Under the pieces are notes generated by a model that worked only from the letters and a program-made list of their open reading frames with translations, had not been told where the DNA came from and searched no databases. Shown one piece after another: positions 31,950 through 46,565 of a DNA stretch of 64,000 bases. The stretch's first letter is position 1. Each line of letters opens with the position of its first letter. The stretch covers positions 119,142,397 to 119,206,396 of the forward strand of contig CM097887.1 in the NCBI GenBank assembly GCA_044892525.1, in the 5' to 3' direction. The position numbers and the translations under genes are program-made. The DNA comes from Schmidtea polychroa (Eukaryota).

Positions 31950-34189
31950 CCGTATTTTCGCGCATATACCCCGCATACGCGCATAACCCGCACACGCGTA
32001 TACCCTGCACAAATTACAAAATAAGTAAAAACAAAATCGTACGACCCGCACCCTTATATACCCCGCATGTGTAAAGTGAGACTTGCCGTAAACTACCAGT
32101 ACATAAGGTTGTTGCTTATCAGACGTCTGTCCCTCGAGACGCAATCGTGCTGTAGTTGTTGTTCCAACAAGCGATACATGGAGTGCAACACGCGTGTGAA
32201 ATACGATACGAGCCTACGTCGTATCTGTAGTATGTTGTTTTGACAGAAAGTCGTTGACCTAGTTATCTGGTGATGGTAGGAGAAATATTTGCTGCTGCAG
32301 CTGAGCTGGGCCCTACGATTGGCCTGATTGTGCATCGGCTGGTGCTCGGCCTTATTGTGTAGGCTATTAATTCCTGGGGTAATCAGGAGCACGGGTATTC
32401 TTGTAGTTTGAACTTCGTAGCGTATAGTGTGCAGCACGTGCAACTAAAGTGTATAAAAAAAGTGTATAAATTCTAATCAGTACTCAGTAAAGTCTTTTAA
32501 GCCTAAAAATGCCAAAGCGTAATTCATATACAGCCGATTTTAAGCTGCAAGTTTGTGCAGTTGCTGCTACAAAGGGCAATAGAGCTGCTGGAAGACAGTA
32601 TGACGCGAATGGCGAAAAGACATTGAAAGTCTACAGCAAAATAATCCCCGCAAAAGAGCTCGTCGAGAGGGAAAGGTTAGATGGCCACAGCTTGAGACAA
32701 ACCTCGCAGCATGGGTTCGCTCTCAGCGTGAAAACAACAGGGCAGTGTCAACTGTTGGTATCAAACTGAAGGCGAAAACAATGGCTGCTGAAATGAAGAT
32801 GGATAATTTCACTGGTAGCAACAACTGGGTTTTTAAATTCATGACACGTAATCAGCTGTCGGTTCGTGCACGTACAACTGCCAGAGAATTGGGAAGTGAA
32901 AGTTAACGACTTTCAGGAATTTGTTAGAAAGGATATCGTTGAACAGAATTTAAATCCTTCTGCTGTCTATAATATGGATGAGGTACCCATGTCTTTTGAT
33001 ATTCCGGCAACTCGCACTGTAGCGGAAAGTGGTTGTAAAACGGTTGCTATTACCACAACTGGACATGAACGCACCTGCTTCATGGTTGTCCTGGCGTGCT
33101 CAGCTGCCGGTGAGAAGTTGAAACCATTGATTATATTCAAAAGAGTGACAATGCCACGTGAGAAACTGCCTCAGGGAGCAATCGTACTGTGCAACAAAAA
33201 AGGATGGATGAACACGGACGTGATGAAAGAGTGGACTGAACGATGCTTTCATGCTAGAGGACGGGTGGATTCTTTCTGCCAAAGTCGTTGTTGATTTTTG
33301 ATGCAATGGCTGCACACAAAGAGCCGTCTGTTCACAAACAGATCAATAAGACCGGTGCGCACATTGCTGTCATTCCGGGTGGCTTAACATGTAAGCTTCA
33401 GCCACTTGACATCGCTGTTAATCATCCATTCAAGTGTTTTGTCCGCAACGAATGGGAGAAATGGATGAGTGAAGGAGAACACACATTCACACCATCAGGA
33501 AAGCAGAGACGTGCTACGTACATTGAAGTATGCAAATGGGTTCTGGCAGCGTGGCAGCATTTCAGCACTGAAACTATTCGCAATGGTTTCAAGAAGGCTG
33601 GCCTGCTAACAGTTAGTGAAGCTAATTCAGAGTCAGCAGTAGAGGGCAGCTTCATTTCGGCCGACAATGTGAACGCTGATACTGACGATGATGATAGTGA
33701 TGAAGAGTCGATTTATGACCCAACTGCTGTTGCCAACATGCTTCGCTTATTTGAAGAAGACAGAGAATATGATACGAGTTTCGATGGCTTCACTAACTAT
33801 AGCGAGGACAGTGACATTAGTGAGACTGGCGATTGATTGCGGCTGTAGTCTATACGTTTCGACACTACTGGTATCGGCAAATTAGTTTAGTTGCTTACCT
33901 ACTTGTTACATTTGATTACTAGTATTTTAAAGATTCTCTGCCGCATCGGTACTATTTGTTTTCTTGAGGTTTATAATGAGATGTTCATAAAGCTTTCCAA
34001 TGTACATTTCACAACCACACAGCGAACTATAGGAGGTATAAAGACCCACCGGTATGTCCATAGTTTCCGTTATGCTATGTTTATGAGTAAAATAAATTTT
34101 GTAAACCCCACACCTTTGTATACCCCGCACAGCTGCCATTCGTTTGGAAAAACTTGTATAACCCGCGGGTTATATGCGCGAAAATACGG
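31950..34189 (+). mobile_element. pogo/Tigger-type Tc1-mariner transposon
   Basis: 19-bp perfect TIR CCGTATTTTCGCGCATATA; TA target duplication at 31948-49 and 34190-91. Confidence 0.95.
32509..33836 (+). pseudogene. pogo transposase (CENP-B HTH + DDE_1), frameshifted
   Basis: MPKRNSYTADFKL, NMDEVP, G.KLKPLIIFK, LIFDAM, GGLTCKLQPLDIAVN split over several frames. Confidence 0.9.
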
Positions 34190-34463
34190 TAAGTAAATAA
34201 ATGATTAAGTAAATAAAACTATGGGTAATTAACAAATCAAGAGTAAGAGTCTAACAATTTATTAATATTATTAGTGATTACCACATGTAAAAGCAGTATA
34301 AAATAGGATAGTAAATAGTTGTAATTGTATATAATACTTATTCATTTAGGGGTGTCATCATTGATATCACTAGTATGGTTGGCATTTTCCTCCCTGAGAT
34401 AGACGAATAAGTTAAATTATCATTATAACATAATAGCAATTTCAAATATCGAACTGTTTAAAC

Positions 34464-37301
34464 TAGGGTTCGGAATCCCGGGATCCTGCAATTTTTAGCA
34501 ATCCCGAAATCCCGGGATCGAGCATTTGATCCCGGGATTTGACTTTTTAAGCCTAAAAGGAAAAATTCCTTACAGTTTCCTTAAAAATTCTTTAAAACAA
34601 TCGTTTTTGGTTGAACATTTTCAAATTTAAATTTTTTCGGTTGAGATTTGAATTTTGTCATATAGAAAATACTTGGAATTTTTTTTGCATTCAAATTCTT
34701 AAAATATATAAATTTTAAAAATCGAAATTCTTGGAACTTTTTTTTTCAATATTCAATTTGTAATTATATTCTTAAAATTTTTTGTTGGTGCTCAGACGTA
34801 ATTAGTATATAATTGTTTTCACGTGTTATTGTTTTTGATTATTTTAAAGTAGATTTAGTTAAATTATCATTCGCACTATTTGAACAACAAATTTTAAAAA
34901 TATAATGGCTTCTTACATAGACCATGAAAAGAAAAGTAATTCTGCTGTTTGGAAACATTTTTTACGAGAAGATAAAGGACAGACAGCGATGTGTAAGTAT
35001 ACCGACTGCAAAAAAATTCTAAAAATTGGGGGTGGGTCAACGAAAGGTCTCCATACGCATCTACTTTCCGTCCATAAAATTAACATCACAGCAGCTACTA
35101 CTTCGGCTAACACATCAGATGAACCACCAACAAAAAAATCGAAAACTTTAACCAAGTATTTTCCGATGCTGGAACGAGAAGAAAAATCACTTCCTGCTAC
35201 ACTTGCAAGGTTAACCGCACTTGATGGGATTTCATTTAACGTTATATGCCGTTCTTCTGATTTACGTGCAGGTCTTATAGCAACAGGATTCAAAAGTTTA
35301 CCTACAACAGTCAACACAGTGCGCAAAATAGTTGTAGATTACAGCAAAAAAAATAAGAATTCATTAATTACGGAAATAGATGGCAAAAAAAACCCACAAT
35401 TCGGTGTTGGTGAGAGATTTTCCTTATCGTTTGATGAATGGACATCACTACGTAATCGTCGGTACATGAATATTAATTTACATGCTCAAAATTGTCAGTT
35501 CTGGAGCTTAGGCTTAATTCGAATAACAGGATCAATGCTTGCAGATAAATGTATTGAGCTCCTAGAACAAAAGCTCGCAGAATATGGACTTGATTTGCGA
35601 AAAGATATCGTCGGAATTATGACTGACGGAGCAAGTGTAATGAAAAAAGTTGGGAGATTATTACCTGTAAATCAACAATTATGTTTTGCCCATGGTGTGC
35701 AACTGGCCGTAATTGAAGTACTATATCAAAAGCAAAATATAGAAACAGATCAGCAATTCGACGAAGACGAACAATCAGAAGTAGAACACGAAGAATTGGT
35801 TGATCTCGATTCTGGTCATAGGCATGGAGGAAACCAAAGTGATGTTACTGAGATAAATTCCGCTCCAGTGATCAAAAAGGTACGAAAATTGATAGTATGT
35901 TCAGACGATCGCCAACAAAAAACGATATCTTGCAGAAATATGTTGCGGCTGAATTTGGGAAGCAAATAACTCTAATAAAAGATTGCAAGACTAGGTGGAA
36001 CAGCCTTTTGTCAATGCTTGAACGTATCTATTTATTAAAAAATTGTATTCAAATGGCATTGATAGACATAAGTCTACCTGAAGGTGAATCATTTGCTTTA
36101 TCTAATGATGAGCTTAAAATGATATCTTCTATCATTAGTGCTCTAGTACCAGTAAAAGCAACAGTCGAGGCCCTTTGTCGTCGGGATGCTAGTCTGTTCA
36201 CAGCCGATGTTGCTATAACTTTTATGTTAAAAAAACTTAAAGATTCTAACAACGTTATATGTCAAAAATTGCATTCAGCTCTCATTCTTCGCATGCAACA
36301 AAGGCGGACAGATATCAGTGGTGTACTTCAGTATTTACATAATGGTAGGACAAACGTTCAGTCCGAATCTGAAATAGCGCTCGTAACAGTTCCATCTGCC
36401 GTAAAATGTCGCAAAATAATAGTTGAGTTACTCGAAAGATTAGATGCTGCAAATTCAGCTACAGCACTAACAGCTCATGAGTCCGAAGTTGAATCTTCTG
36501 TTTCAAATGAGGTACCTATCGAAATTGTTTCAGATTCTTCTGATTCTCAATCTGAATCTCTTTCCTTTTCTCTTGAACAACCTTTAACTATTGCAGACGA
36601 GCTCAATAAAGCTATAAAACAAGCACATTTTCCGAGGATGCCAATTCGATGTGAGGTGCTGTCAGCGAAAATTCAAAAGGAAATGGTATTGTTTGAAAAT
36701 GGAGGAACACGTGGTGATTTTTTGCAAAGAGAGTATGATTTTCTAATGACAATCAAACCAACCAGTGTAGAGTCCGAACGTGCCTTTTCTGCGGCCGGAC
36801 TTTTTGCAACGAAAATAAGAAGTCGTATGGGCGATGAAACTTTGGATGCACTATGCTTTCTTAAAAGTTATTTTAAAAATAACAAAGAATAATTAGGTAT
36901 TTTTTTATAATTATTTTATAATTAAAAATGTAACTTTAACAATGAACTCTTTATAATTTATTAATTAAGAATATTATAAACATAATGAATTTGATGTATA
37001 ATATTATAAAAACATTTATTTTCTTTATAATTTAATAAACTATTTTTTATAAACTTATTTTTGAATGTGTCATTTTTTTTAAATACCTGTTCTTTAAATA
37101 TATTAACGGGATTTTTAAATACCTGTTCTTGAAATATATTAACATATTATTTTAACAAAATTAATCTCTTTCTTTTTCTATTAATTTGGTTAAAATAGTA
37201 TGTTAATATATTTCAAGAACATGTATTTAAAAATCCCGGGATTAGGAAAATGCAATCCCGAAATCCCGGGATTGAAATATAGCACGGGATTGCCAACCCT
37301 A
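34464..37301 (+). mobile_element. hAT transposon, full length
   Basis: TIR TAGGGTTCGGAATCCCG / CGGGATTGCCAACCCTA; perfect 8-bp TSD GTTTAAAC; subterminal ATCCCG repeats. Confidence 0.95.
34905..36892 (+). pseudogene. hAT transposase with a single frameshift near 35885-35897
   Basis: BED finger, SFDEWTS, TDGAS, CFAH, then KTRWNS and PTSVESERAFS in the second frame. Confidence 0.9.
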
Positions 37302-38975
37302 GTTTAAACAGAATTGACGAAACGATTTTCTTTAAATTTAGTTAATTAAAATAAACTAATTGCACAACATTATAGTATATAAAATGGAATAATAAAATTT
37401 CCCTTCAGGGACAACGTAACTTCCAATAAGTTTCTCAAATGCGAGGAAATATTGGTTATTTCAACAATCGTACAGGCTACTGACAAAGCAATAAATTTTT
37501 GATTATTAATTGCTGAACCCATTTCATTAAATGCCAAAAAAATAAAAACAATATATAAAAAAATAAAATCAAACCAAATTCAAACAAGCAAAGTTTTCTG
37601 TATACACATGATCCCAAAATTTACCATAGTCTAAAAGAAAAAATTAATAAATAAGCTTCGTCATTTAGAAAAAAAATAATAACTTTTATTTCATTAATCC
37701 GATAAATAACAATAGAATAATATAATAAGTATAAATTATTGTTATTTTCCCTATTTATTTTAAAATCAAATAAATATACCTAGCAATATTTTCTTCGTTG
37801 CTTTGATAAAGTTGGGTCAGGTTTCTCGTATTAAATCATCATACATCAACATTAAATTGTATTAAATCATTATTAGGTTAAACTTCGAGGACAATTTAAT
37901 TTTTAAAAAACTTTTATTAATCAAATCATTATCACTCTGACTCGTTCATCTCTCCCTCCTCAGTGGTAGTCTTCCTGCCCTGCATTTGCAACATTGTGAC
38001 TTCTGCTTCACATTAAAACAATATGATTTCCGTTTTTTCTAGTCTTCTTTTCAGTATCATGTCTTGCTCTAAGTCATTGTTGTCATTTTTTTCTCATCTC
38101 TGTCCTTGAGTTTCGGCACTCTTTACTGATTCTTCTTGCATCTGAAGTTAAAATAATAAAAATTCTTCAAAACTTCCAAATCAAACAAAATATCTACTAT
38201 ATATATTTTCTTTAAAACCATGCAGATTACTATAAAATTTATTTACATGCATGCAAATTTTTTACGACAGTTTTGATCATATTGTCAAGTTGTAGATTAT
38301 TCAGAGTTCTTTGTTTCTTTTTGCACAATATGATGGTTATTGTCATAAATGTTACAGATAATATTAGAAACGCTGTCAGGAGAAGATGCACGAGATATTC
38401 TTAGATCATGGTGGTTTGACTATTGTCAGTCCGAATCCGTTTATTCGATGATTACTGGTTTGTTTATGATGAGGAGGGGATTTGGTTGGTATTAATTATT
38501 TGATTTTGTGTAGTGTTTTTCTTTTCGTATTGTCCGGCTTTCTGCAAAACTTGTTTGCTATCTATATGGCCTGCTCATCCAATGTTGGTACTTGATTTTT
38601 ACACGATACTCAGCTTCTAAATTAGAAATAGGAAATGTAAAATAATATTTACCGGTATCATATATTCCTTCCATCAGTACTAATAATCACTCTGTCACCG
38701 ATATCCGATTTTTGATCATTTTGAACACTGAAAATTGCGCGATTTGATTCATTTTTTAGATGGATTGATTGAATTTCAATTTTTAACAACGCCCATTTAT
38801 TTTCACTTAGTGTCTCATCATATAATATATTTTTGTAATACTTTGTCTTTATCGTGAAATTTCAATTAATTTAAAGAAATCATTAGAGTATTTAAACATC
38901 TAAAGAAATAGCCGTAAAAATAGGTATACTTAATTCGATATGCGAAATGAGGAGTCGATAGAGGGTATTTTATAA

Positions 38976-38981
<6 letters not shown>

Positions 38982-39018
<37 letters not shown>
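38982..39018. repeat. (AT)n microsatellite
   Basis: Direct reading of an uninterrupted AT dinucleotide run. Confidence 0.95.
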
Positions 39019-39024
<6 letters not shown>

Positions 39025-41059
39025 TGGCAATAAAATTTTAAATGAGTCAAATTGGCTCAGTCCGTAAATCTAGTGTAAATATTATCATCCTCACCCATCA
39101 GACTAAAATTCTTTCTATTATTAGGCTTCAAATTATCATAGTCAATATCATTTGTAGGGTATGAGTACCATTTTCATGATCATTAGGACCAATAAGAATC
39201 GACACTCTTGTAACCAGTCTTAGGTTCTTGTCCATGATCTATATTATTATTTTCCTTAATGTCAGCATCACGGGCCTAGACGTTTCCGTACAATGGCGAC
39301 CAAAATTTTTGATTGATATGAATTTCTCGTTGAGATTTCATATGATATTAAACCTGCTATGAATTTATCTTTTTCATTTTTATTTTAGTAATTAAATGGA
39401 ATCGACAAAGGACATTTTGAGACCATGTTTTCCTGCTCCGATAAGAAAGCGCAAAACACCGTGCTTCGGCAGGAAAATATACTCTTGTGCGCCAAGTTTG
39501 ATAGGCTTGAGGGACATTGTTTACCCCAGGCCAGAGGATGAAAACAAACCAGAAGGTGTTCTGAATCGAATATTGCTGGGACAACCTTATCGAGAAAAGC
39601 CGCGCTCAAAATTCCACCAATATCTGAGTCAAGATAACGCTACCACGACCCAAGAACAATCAAATATATCGATCCGGAAGAAACTCGGGTAAAGCAGGCC
39701 GCCGCACTCAGTTTCCTGGTGAATGAGGTCAATCTACCTGAAATCGATATGCAGACATGTTGTACTGAATTTGCATGGACACTAGGAGCAAACAATGAAT
39801 TTGAACTCGACCAATAGCTCGCAGATGCCGAAACTGGAACCTTCGGTTTGTGGACCAGAAACGAGCAATCGAACTATCCTAATTATTTCTTGTCCTTATG
39901 TATCTGATAAGTTTTGTTGATTGACGATTAATAGATTTTTGTTTTATTGATTTCGATTTTACACCTTTAGTTTTCATTTAATAATCATTACGAACTAGGA
40001 CCTATACTAACTCACAAATGGTCATTTTTGGAGTGACGTAATTATGCAATGACCCCTTAGTCGATATGAAACAGTCATACGAAGGTTTACGGAAGAATCT
40101 TGGTCACACTACATATACTTACTCTCATTTAGATTTTTTGTTTCTACTTACTCGTAAACCCCCGACAATAGTTAAACTTACATCACTTTTTTTGGCCATA
40201 AAAAATCTTAAAAATTGCACACTTTGAATTTTATAGTGGTCTATGTGGTTCACACATTACATTTATATATATAAAATAATATATATAAAATAATAATGAT
40301 AAGAATGAGAATAACTATAGTGCAGTTATTTTTATTATTAATGTAGTGTGTTGTTAATTTGATTATTATTATTTACCTTTTAAAAAAACTATATCGAAAT
40401 GGTTCCCAGTATCCTGGAATGAGAGACTCCCCACAGACCACTAGTATTTGTGTGATACATTAAAATTTAGTGTCTTGCAGTTTTTTTATTAAGTGTATTT
40501 TCAAAACCAAAAGAATTTTTTGAAAGAACATACATCTTGTATCTTTATGTTTTGAATTTAAATGCCTAGTAAGTTAGGAGGGCTTCAAGGTATCGTTAAA
40601 TAGAACATCACCACAAATAACGCACTAGGGTTTTGGCACAAGATCATCCTGCGTATCAATAAATCCCAAATGAATCTAAAACTCATCATATTTTCGATTG
40701 AAGCTAGTTCAAAAACTTGAATTTTCTTGGCACTCAGCATTAGTTATTTTACTTTTGAGAAACTCATCCATTGGACCTAAAATAAGTAAAAAATTAAACT
40801 GGTTTTTGCTGTTTATTAATTCTTTTGAAATTTTAAACAACAACTCCATTGTTGTTCATAAAGTTTAAGTAAAAAAATGTAAAAGTCCACCACTAAATTA
40901 ATATAGGACATAATACATGTTCCAAAAAATCCAGAGAGAGAAATGCATATTATTTAAATATACCTTTATAGTTTTGTTGTAATATTTCATATGATTTATT
41001 TTACGAGATGTAAACAGTTTAACAATATTCTGGCATTATTTTCCTCTTATTCAACTCTT

Positions 41060-41727
41060 GTTCAGCACCTACCTTTTTATTACTAAAATAATTTTATCAG
41101 TTATGGGTGTAGCATCAAAATGATCCAGTTTTAAAAATCCAATGAATTCTTCATGAATAACAGTTTCTGTGCTGCTAGAATACACAAAACTATGGAAATT
41201 TGTTCTTTTCCAGATATGTCAGCACTCTCATCTCAAATGATTGAAAATCCAATGGATTTATTGGCCATTGAAACAATTTCTTCCCTTATGGCTTCTTCAT
41301 TCAACTTGATTAGCTCATGTTCTATGCGCACAGATGTGAATCTTGCATTGGCTGGTGAAGTTTCCAAATGATTTTTGAGTACTTCAACTCCAGCTTCAAT
41401 CCTGAAATCGTAGAGGCTTTGCACATTTGCACTTGCACTTGTTTTTCCTTTAAGTGCAGTCAGTTGCCCCACAAGACAAAATACTTGGTAAAATCGGATC
41501 CAATTTGTAAAAGGCCCTGTAATGAATGCACCTTGAAAACCACGATTTACTGGCTGGGGAAAAAGTATGGAAAATCTGCAAACTGCTCCTTTTAAAAGAA
41601 CTGAATAACTCAGCCGGGGTGAGTTCTGACTTAACGAAGCATAGCGGAACAATTAATCGAAAAATAGAAAGGTATGGGAAATCCAGGGGGTGTGACCAAG
41701 TGCCCCCTTGCGGACGTCCATGCCTAT
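41060..41727 (-). pseudogene. Fragment of ZMYM1/DUF4371-type hAT transposase
   Basis: KNHLETSPANARFTS..IEHELI, FSII.DESADISGKEQISIV and EEFIGF motifs across frameshifts; GC-rich end CATGGACGTCCGCAAGGGGG may be a terminus. Confidence 0.7.
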
Positions 41728-41789
41728 AATACAATATATATTTTATTTATTAATTAGTTATTTAAATATCCCTAACATCTTCCCTGTTT

Positions 41790-44640
41790 AATAGATTTTA
41801 TCCATTCAACGTTGCGAATTCTAATTTTTCCTTTCTGTCTCGTAATTCATAACTATTTGAAGAATTTTTCTAAAAACGACAAAAGGTCCTGTATATTTTG
41901 GTCTTTGAAACCCTTTTATTGCTTCGATTTTAGCTTCATCGACTTTAATACCTTCACAAGTTATAATGTTACGAAGAAATTTTCTCTTCTTCTCCAAAAA
42001 TTTCCATTTTTGAGGATTTATTCTCAATCCTGCTTCTTTTATTTTTTCTAATACTTCATTTATTCTTTTAATATCATCTTCTTTGTCTTTTGAGAATATT
42101 AAAATATCATCTAAATACACTATAGCAATTTTCCATAATAAATTTCCTAAAACCATATTCATTAATTTTTGGAATGTAGCTGGAGTATCCTATTAAAGCA
42201 GAACTGCCCAGATCATGTTGAGAATGCTGTCTTTTCTTTCGAATATGCTGTCAATTCATCCTGATAATACGCGCTTCCCAGATCAATGGTGATAAATACA
42301 TTGATCCACTTAATGAATCTAACATCTGTTCGATATTAGGCATCGGGAAGATTTTTCTTTCAGTCATTTTATTTAAACTTCTTAAATCTAAACATAATCG
42401 AATATCATTTTTCTCCCTCTTCTAGACACATATTAACGGCGTATTCCATAGTGAGTCACACTTCTTAATTATGCTGTTTTCTTCCAAAATTTTAATAGCT
42501 TCTTCAATCTTTTCTTCTAGGTAGGTTGTCTAATTGGGTTCAAATGGATTGTTCCTTCAATAGTTTTAATATCATACTTTAATAGATTGGTTTTGCCTAT
42601 ATCTCACTTATCTATCATAAATACTCCGGCATTTTTTTATTACTCCATAAAGCTTTTCACACCTTAATCTTATTAATTCTGTTGCTCTTTTAAATCGAAG
42701 TTCATCGCTTGTTCTTTTCCAAAATTTGGCTTCCAATCTATATTATTATTATAATCGGTTGCAATTGCGCTGTTATTTTCGATAATTTTCATTAATTTAA
42801 TGTCAAACCCACGTAATGAATCGATTCCTCCAATTATATATGGAGAAACATTTTCAATTACTACAAAAACAATATTTTCTTCTCTATTTCCTATAATTAT
42901 TCTAAGCTTGAGTCTTCCCAAAGTTTTTAACTAACTACCATTTGCGCACCAAATTTTGTCTCCGTGTTCGTTTAAAACTGGATTTCCGATTACTTTTATA
43001 ATCTAACCATCAATCACATTCATTCTAGCTCCTGTAACAATTCTTAAAATAATTATTTATGCCTATTATTACACTTGGACGTCCACCCATTTTATCATAA
43101 ACAATATTATACTGATCCTTTTTCAAATATGTTTCACTTCTATTCTATATTCTACAGTCATATGTATCAAATATTCTATCCTTTTCATTATGTGCATAAA
43201 TCATTATTTCTGCTTTTTTTATTTTTTTATTAATATATCGATAAAATTTGAGTACAATTATTTCCACATTCTTTTTTATTATCGTCATCAATTTTTATTT
43301 TTTTAAAATTATTTTCATTCAGCATATTTAAAATAATTGCATCATGAATATTCGTAACTTTATTTTTTACTGACTTTTATTTTTTACATTTTCCATTATT
43401 TCACATTGATTCGCTATTTTAAAATTTGTTTACAGCTCATTAATTTTTTCAACTATATCGATATTTCCTACTATTCTACTGCCACAATTATTTCTAATTA
43501 CATTATTCTCATCCAAGATTTTATTATTTACTTTATTTAAATTATCTACGAAAGAAATTGTACTATTCATGTTATTATTTATATTTTCTACATTATATAC
43601 AATGTATATTATGTATATTATACATTATTTACAAAAGGGATTATACTATTCACTTTACTACTAATACTATTTAAATATTTATATCTACTTATATATTTAT
43701 ACTGGTATACACAATCGTCATTATTACCCATTAATTCATTGCTCCGATCATCTCGCCTAAAGATGAAGCTTCTTGGGTTGGGTAGTCATCGCATTTACAT
43801 GAGATCTTTTCGTCATTATCGGCTTGATCAGTCTGAAACGCGGCTATCTGTGTCCGTCTCGATGGTCCCTGCTCGTCTGTGTATCTTCTTCTGTCTGTCT
43901 GATTCAAGCATTGAAATCGTAAGTGGCCTCTTTTACCGCATCCTGAACACGATATTGATGGGCATTCTGTTCTGTTGTGTCCAATATCTTTACACGCAAA
44001 ACATCTCATATCTGCATTCTGTGCTCTCTGATTGCACTCTCTGGATTGGTGCCCTTCTTTTCCACCTTGGATGCATTTCTGAACCCTTGGTTTCCGACAT
44101 TCTCGATTCATATGACCCACATCCTGGCAATTCCAACATGTAATAACTAGTCTGTTTCTAACTGGAATTTCTCTTTGTTGGAATTTGTTTTGGAAATTAT
44201 CGGCTTTCATCCTCGGTGTTGAATCAAACCTTTGTTCACTCCGTTGTGAATTTGTAAAATTTCTGCTTTGATTCTGTCTATCGACAAATCCTTGTCTTGT
44301 CTTGGCAATACTCGCAAACGTTTCCTTCCTTCTATTTAGAACTGAGATTATGGATACTTCAATGTTTATATCATCGACCTTCTTTATCACTCGTTTTATT
44401 TCGTCTCTCTCATCTTTATTTCTTTCTGTGTATCCTTTCTTTGATACAGTGGACCAATAAATATGACATTAATTCTTTCTTGTCCCATTTTTGCTTCAGT
44501 ACTTGGTCGACCATATTTTCTATTTTTTCAAAATCCTCATTCTTTTTATAATTGCAGAGTTAGAAAATCCCCTATCAACGTCGTTGGGTTCTTGAAAGCC
44601 TTTTTCAGTATGTCTTCAAAACAAGTTTTATTTTCATACA
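41790..44640 (-). mobile_element. Degraded Ty3/Gypsy retrotransposon (gag, protease region, RT)
   Basis: gag 43731-44390 with four CX2CX4HX4C-type knuckles (one degenerate); RT motifs PATFQKLMN and YLDD (41821-42162). LTRs not identified. Confidence 0.85.
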
Positions 44641-46565
44641 TCCTCGGACAGAACAGTTAATACAAAAGGTTTCAGGAATGACTTCTAATTCAGAAAGTGA
44701 AACCAGTAGTAAGCATTAATAAATGATTTAAAAATAGATATAATAAAAATTGCTGAATGATTTATATAAATTGAATTCAAGAATTATTGAAATAGGTTAA
44801 ACCGAGAAAATAGACACCGAATAGAAAGTTGGATAAAGAAAACCGATGAACTCAGAGAATTATTCAATTTTAGAAGTAGCTAATAGAATTAATTAGTTTT
44901 GATTTTTTGTTCTTTTGAGAACTGCAAACCGGAATTCATAACGACGCTTCATAACGACGTTGAAACAAGTTAGATTTGCCCGAGTGCTGACATGAGAAGA
45001 CGCCAGAACAGGATTCATTGTATTCGTGTTGGACTTAAAATTAAAAGAGTTCCATTAGAAGTCAAAAAGAAACAACTGTAGTTTTCTTCCTTCGTCACTA
45101 TTTCTGTTTAAAATAGATTTTGATAGCAATAGTTTTGTTCATAGGGTGCCAGCAGAAGATGCTCTTATCTCAGTCATATGTGATTGTATGTGGCCTAGAT
45201 GAGTGCAGGGACCTCCATAGTAATGTCATTAATTGTATAGATACATCTTGCTGCAAGGATGCTGCTTACTTCATGTGATAGGATTATATAAGTAAATAAA
45301 TGGTTGCATTGGGTGGCGGTTGATATAGACTAATTGTTGGTAACATTTTTGTTGTCGTTGTAGAAGTTTAAATTTATTATTCTTCAAATCGTCTTTTTAT
45401 GATGTCTTATTTTGGTGATAATGTTATTATGTCATATTGAGAATTGACTACTGTGCTCTTTTTAACGGCACCAAATACTGTGCTCCAATATTTCAGTGGC
45501 ACGGGGGTGCAAAATTTATACTTTGTACCCAGGCTTCGAATAATGTAGCCAGGCCTTTGACTGGCGATATAATACAAATGATTATAATCTGATTTTGTCA
45601 GCACGATCGCAGATTATTCGGCAGGGATTGAAAACCACATAACCTCAAATTGTTATTAAACGTCTAGAATTCGTTTGAGAAAAGATTCTTATCATAGAAA
45701 TTGAAGTAAATGGAAAAGACTAAGAAATTGAGCACATAACAATAAATGAAGACAAGAACAAAATGAGGCACGACACATTCTACGGTAGCCTATGGACACA
45801 GAGACTAGTCGGGTCATTAGTAGTTCTCGTTTTAATGTACACCTCTTGCCGAACGCCACCCGCTCAATCGCAGTACCAACGTTACTTGAGACTAACATTT
45901 AGTGGCCGATTAAAACCATTATACGGGATTGAAGATGGGAATGTAAAAATAAGAAAAACGTTGATAGGATAAGAATTTAGAGGTGAATGATCTTCCGCAC
46001 ATGTAACCTACGAGGGTCACTACAAGGAAAAAGCGTAACAATTAACAATGATTCAAACATAGTTACACAGTGCCTTTCATAATAATAAGTACGTGCACCT
46101 AGAAGTGCGACAGAATATAAGCGACCGTAGAGATAGAACCCACCGATTGCTGATAGCAACTAGTTATAGTTTAGGCCTAACGTCGCTTAAGATGGATACG
46201 CGTGAATGAAAGTTATGTTAAGTGTTATCTCAAGAAATAAATAAATGGCTGTAGGTTTTTTCGAAGATGTAAAGGAAATTTATCTCTTTCATATACTCAG
46301 AAATTGGTTTTGCCAAATAAATTATTCAAGGATAATATTCATATATTTTAATAAATCAAATTTAATTAATTTATTTATTTATATTATACTAAAATCTCAA
46401 AATGCACAAAATAACATTAAGTTGAATGTATAAGGTAAAGTCTTCCTAAAAATTTTCTTTTAAAAGTTATGACCCTCGTATTTAGATTTTATATTTAAAA
46501 GAAATTTGATTATGAACTTTTGTGTATTTGTTTAAATATTGAGTGTATCTCATTTTCGAATTTCT

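Noticed and set aside
44650-46200. Candidate LTR/PBS of the Gypsy element
   Set aside because: No second LTR copy or convincing TG...CA boundary and PBS found in the window.
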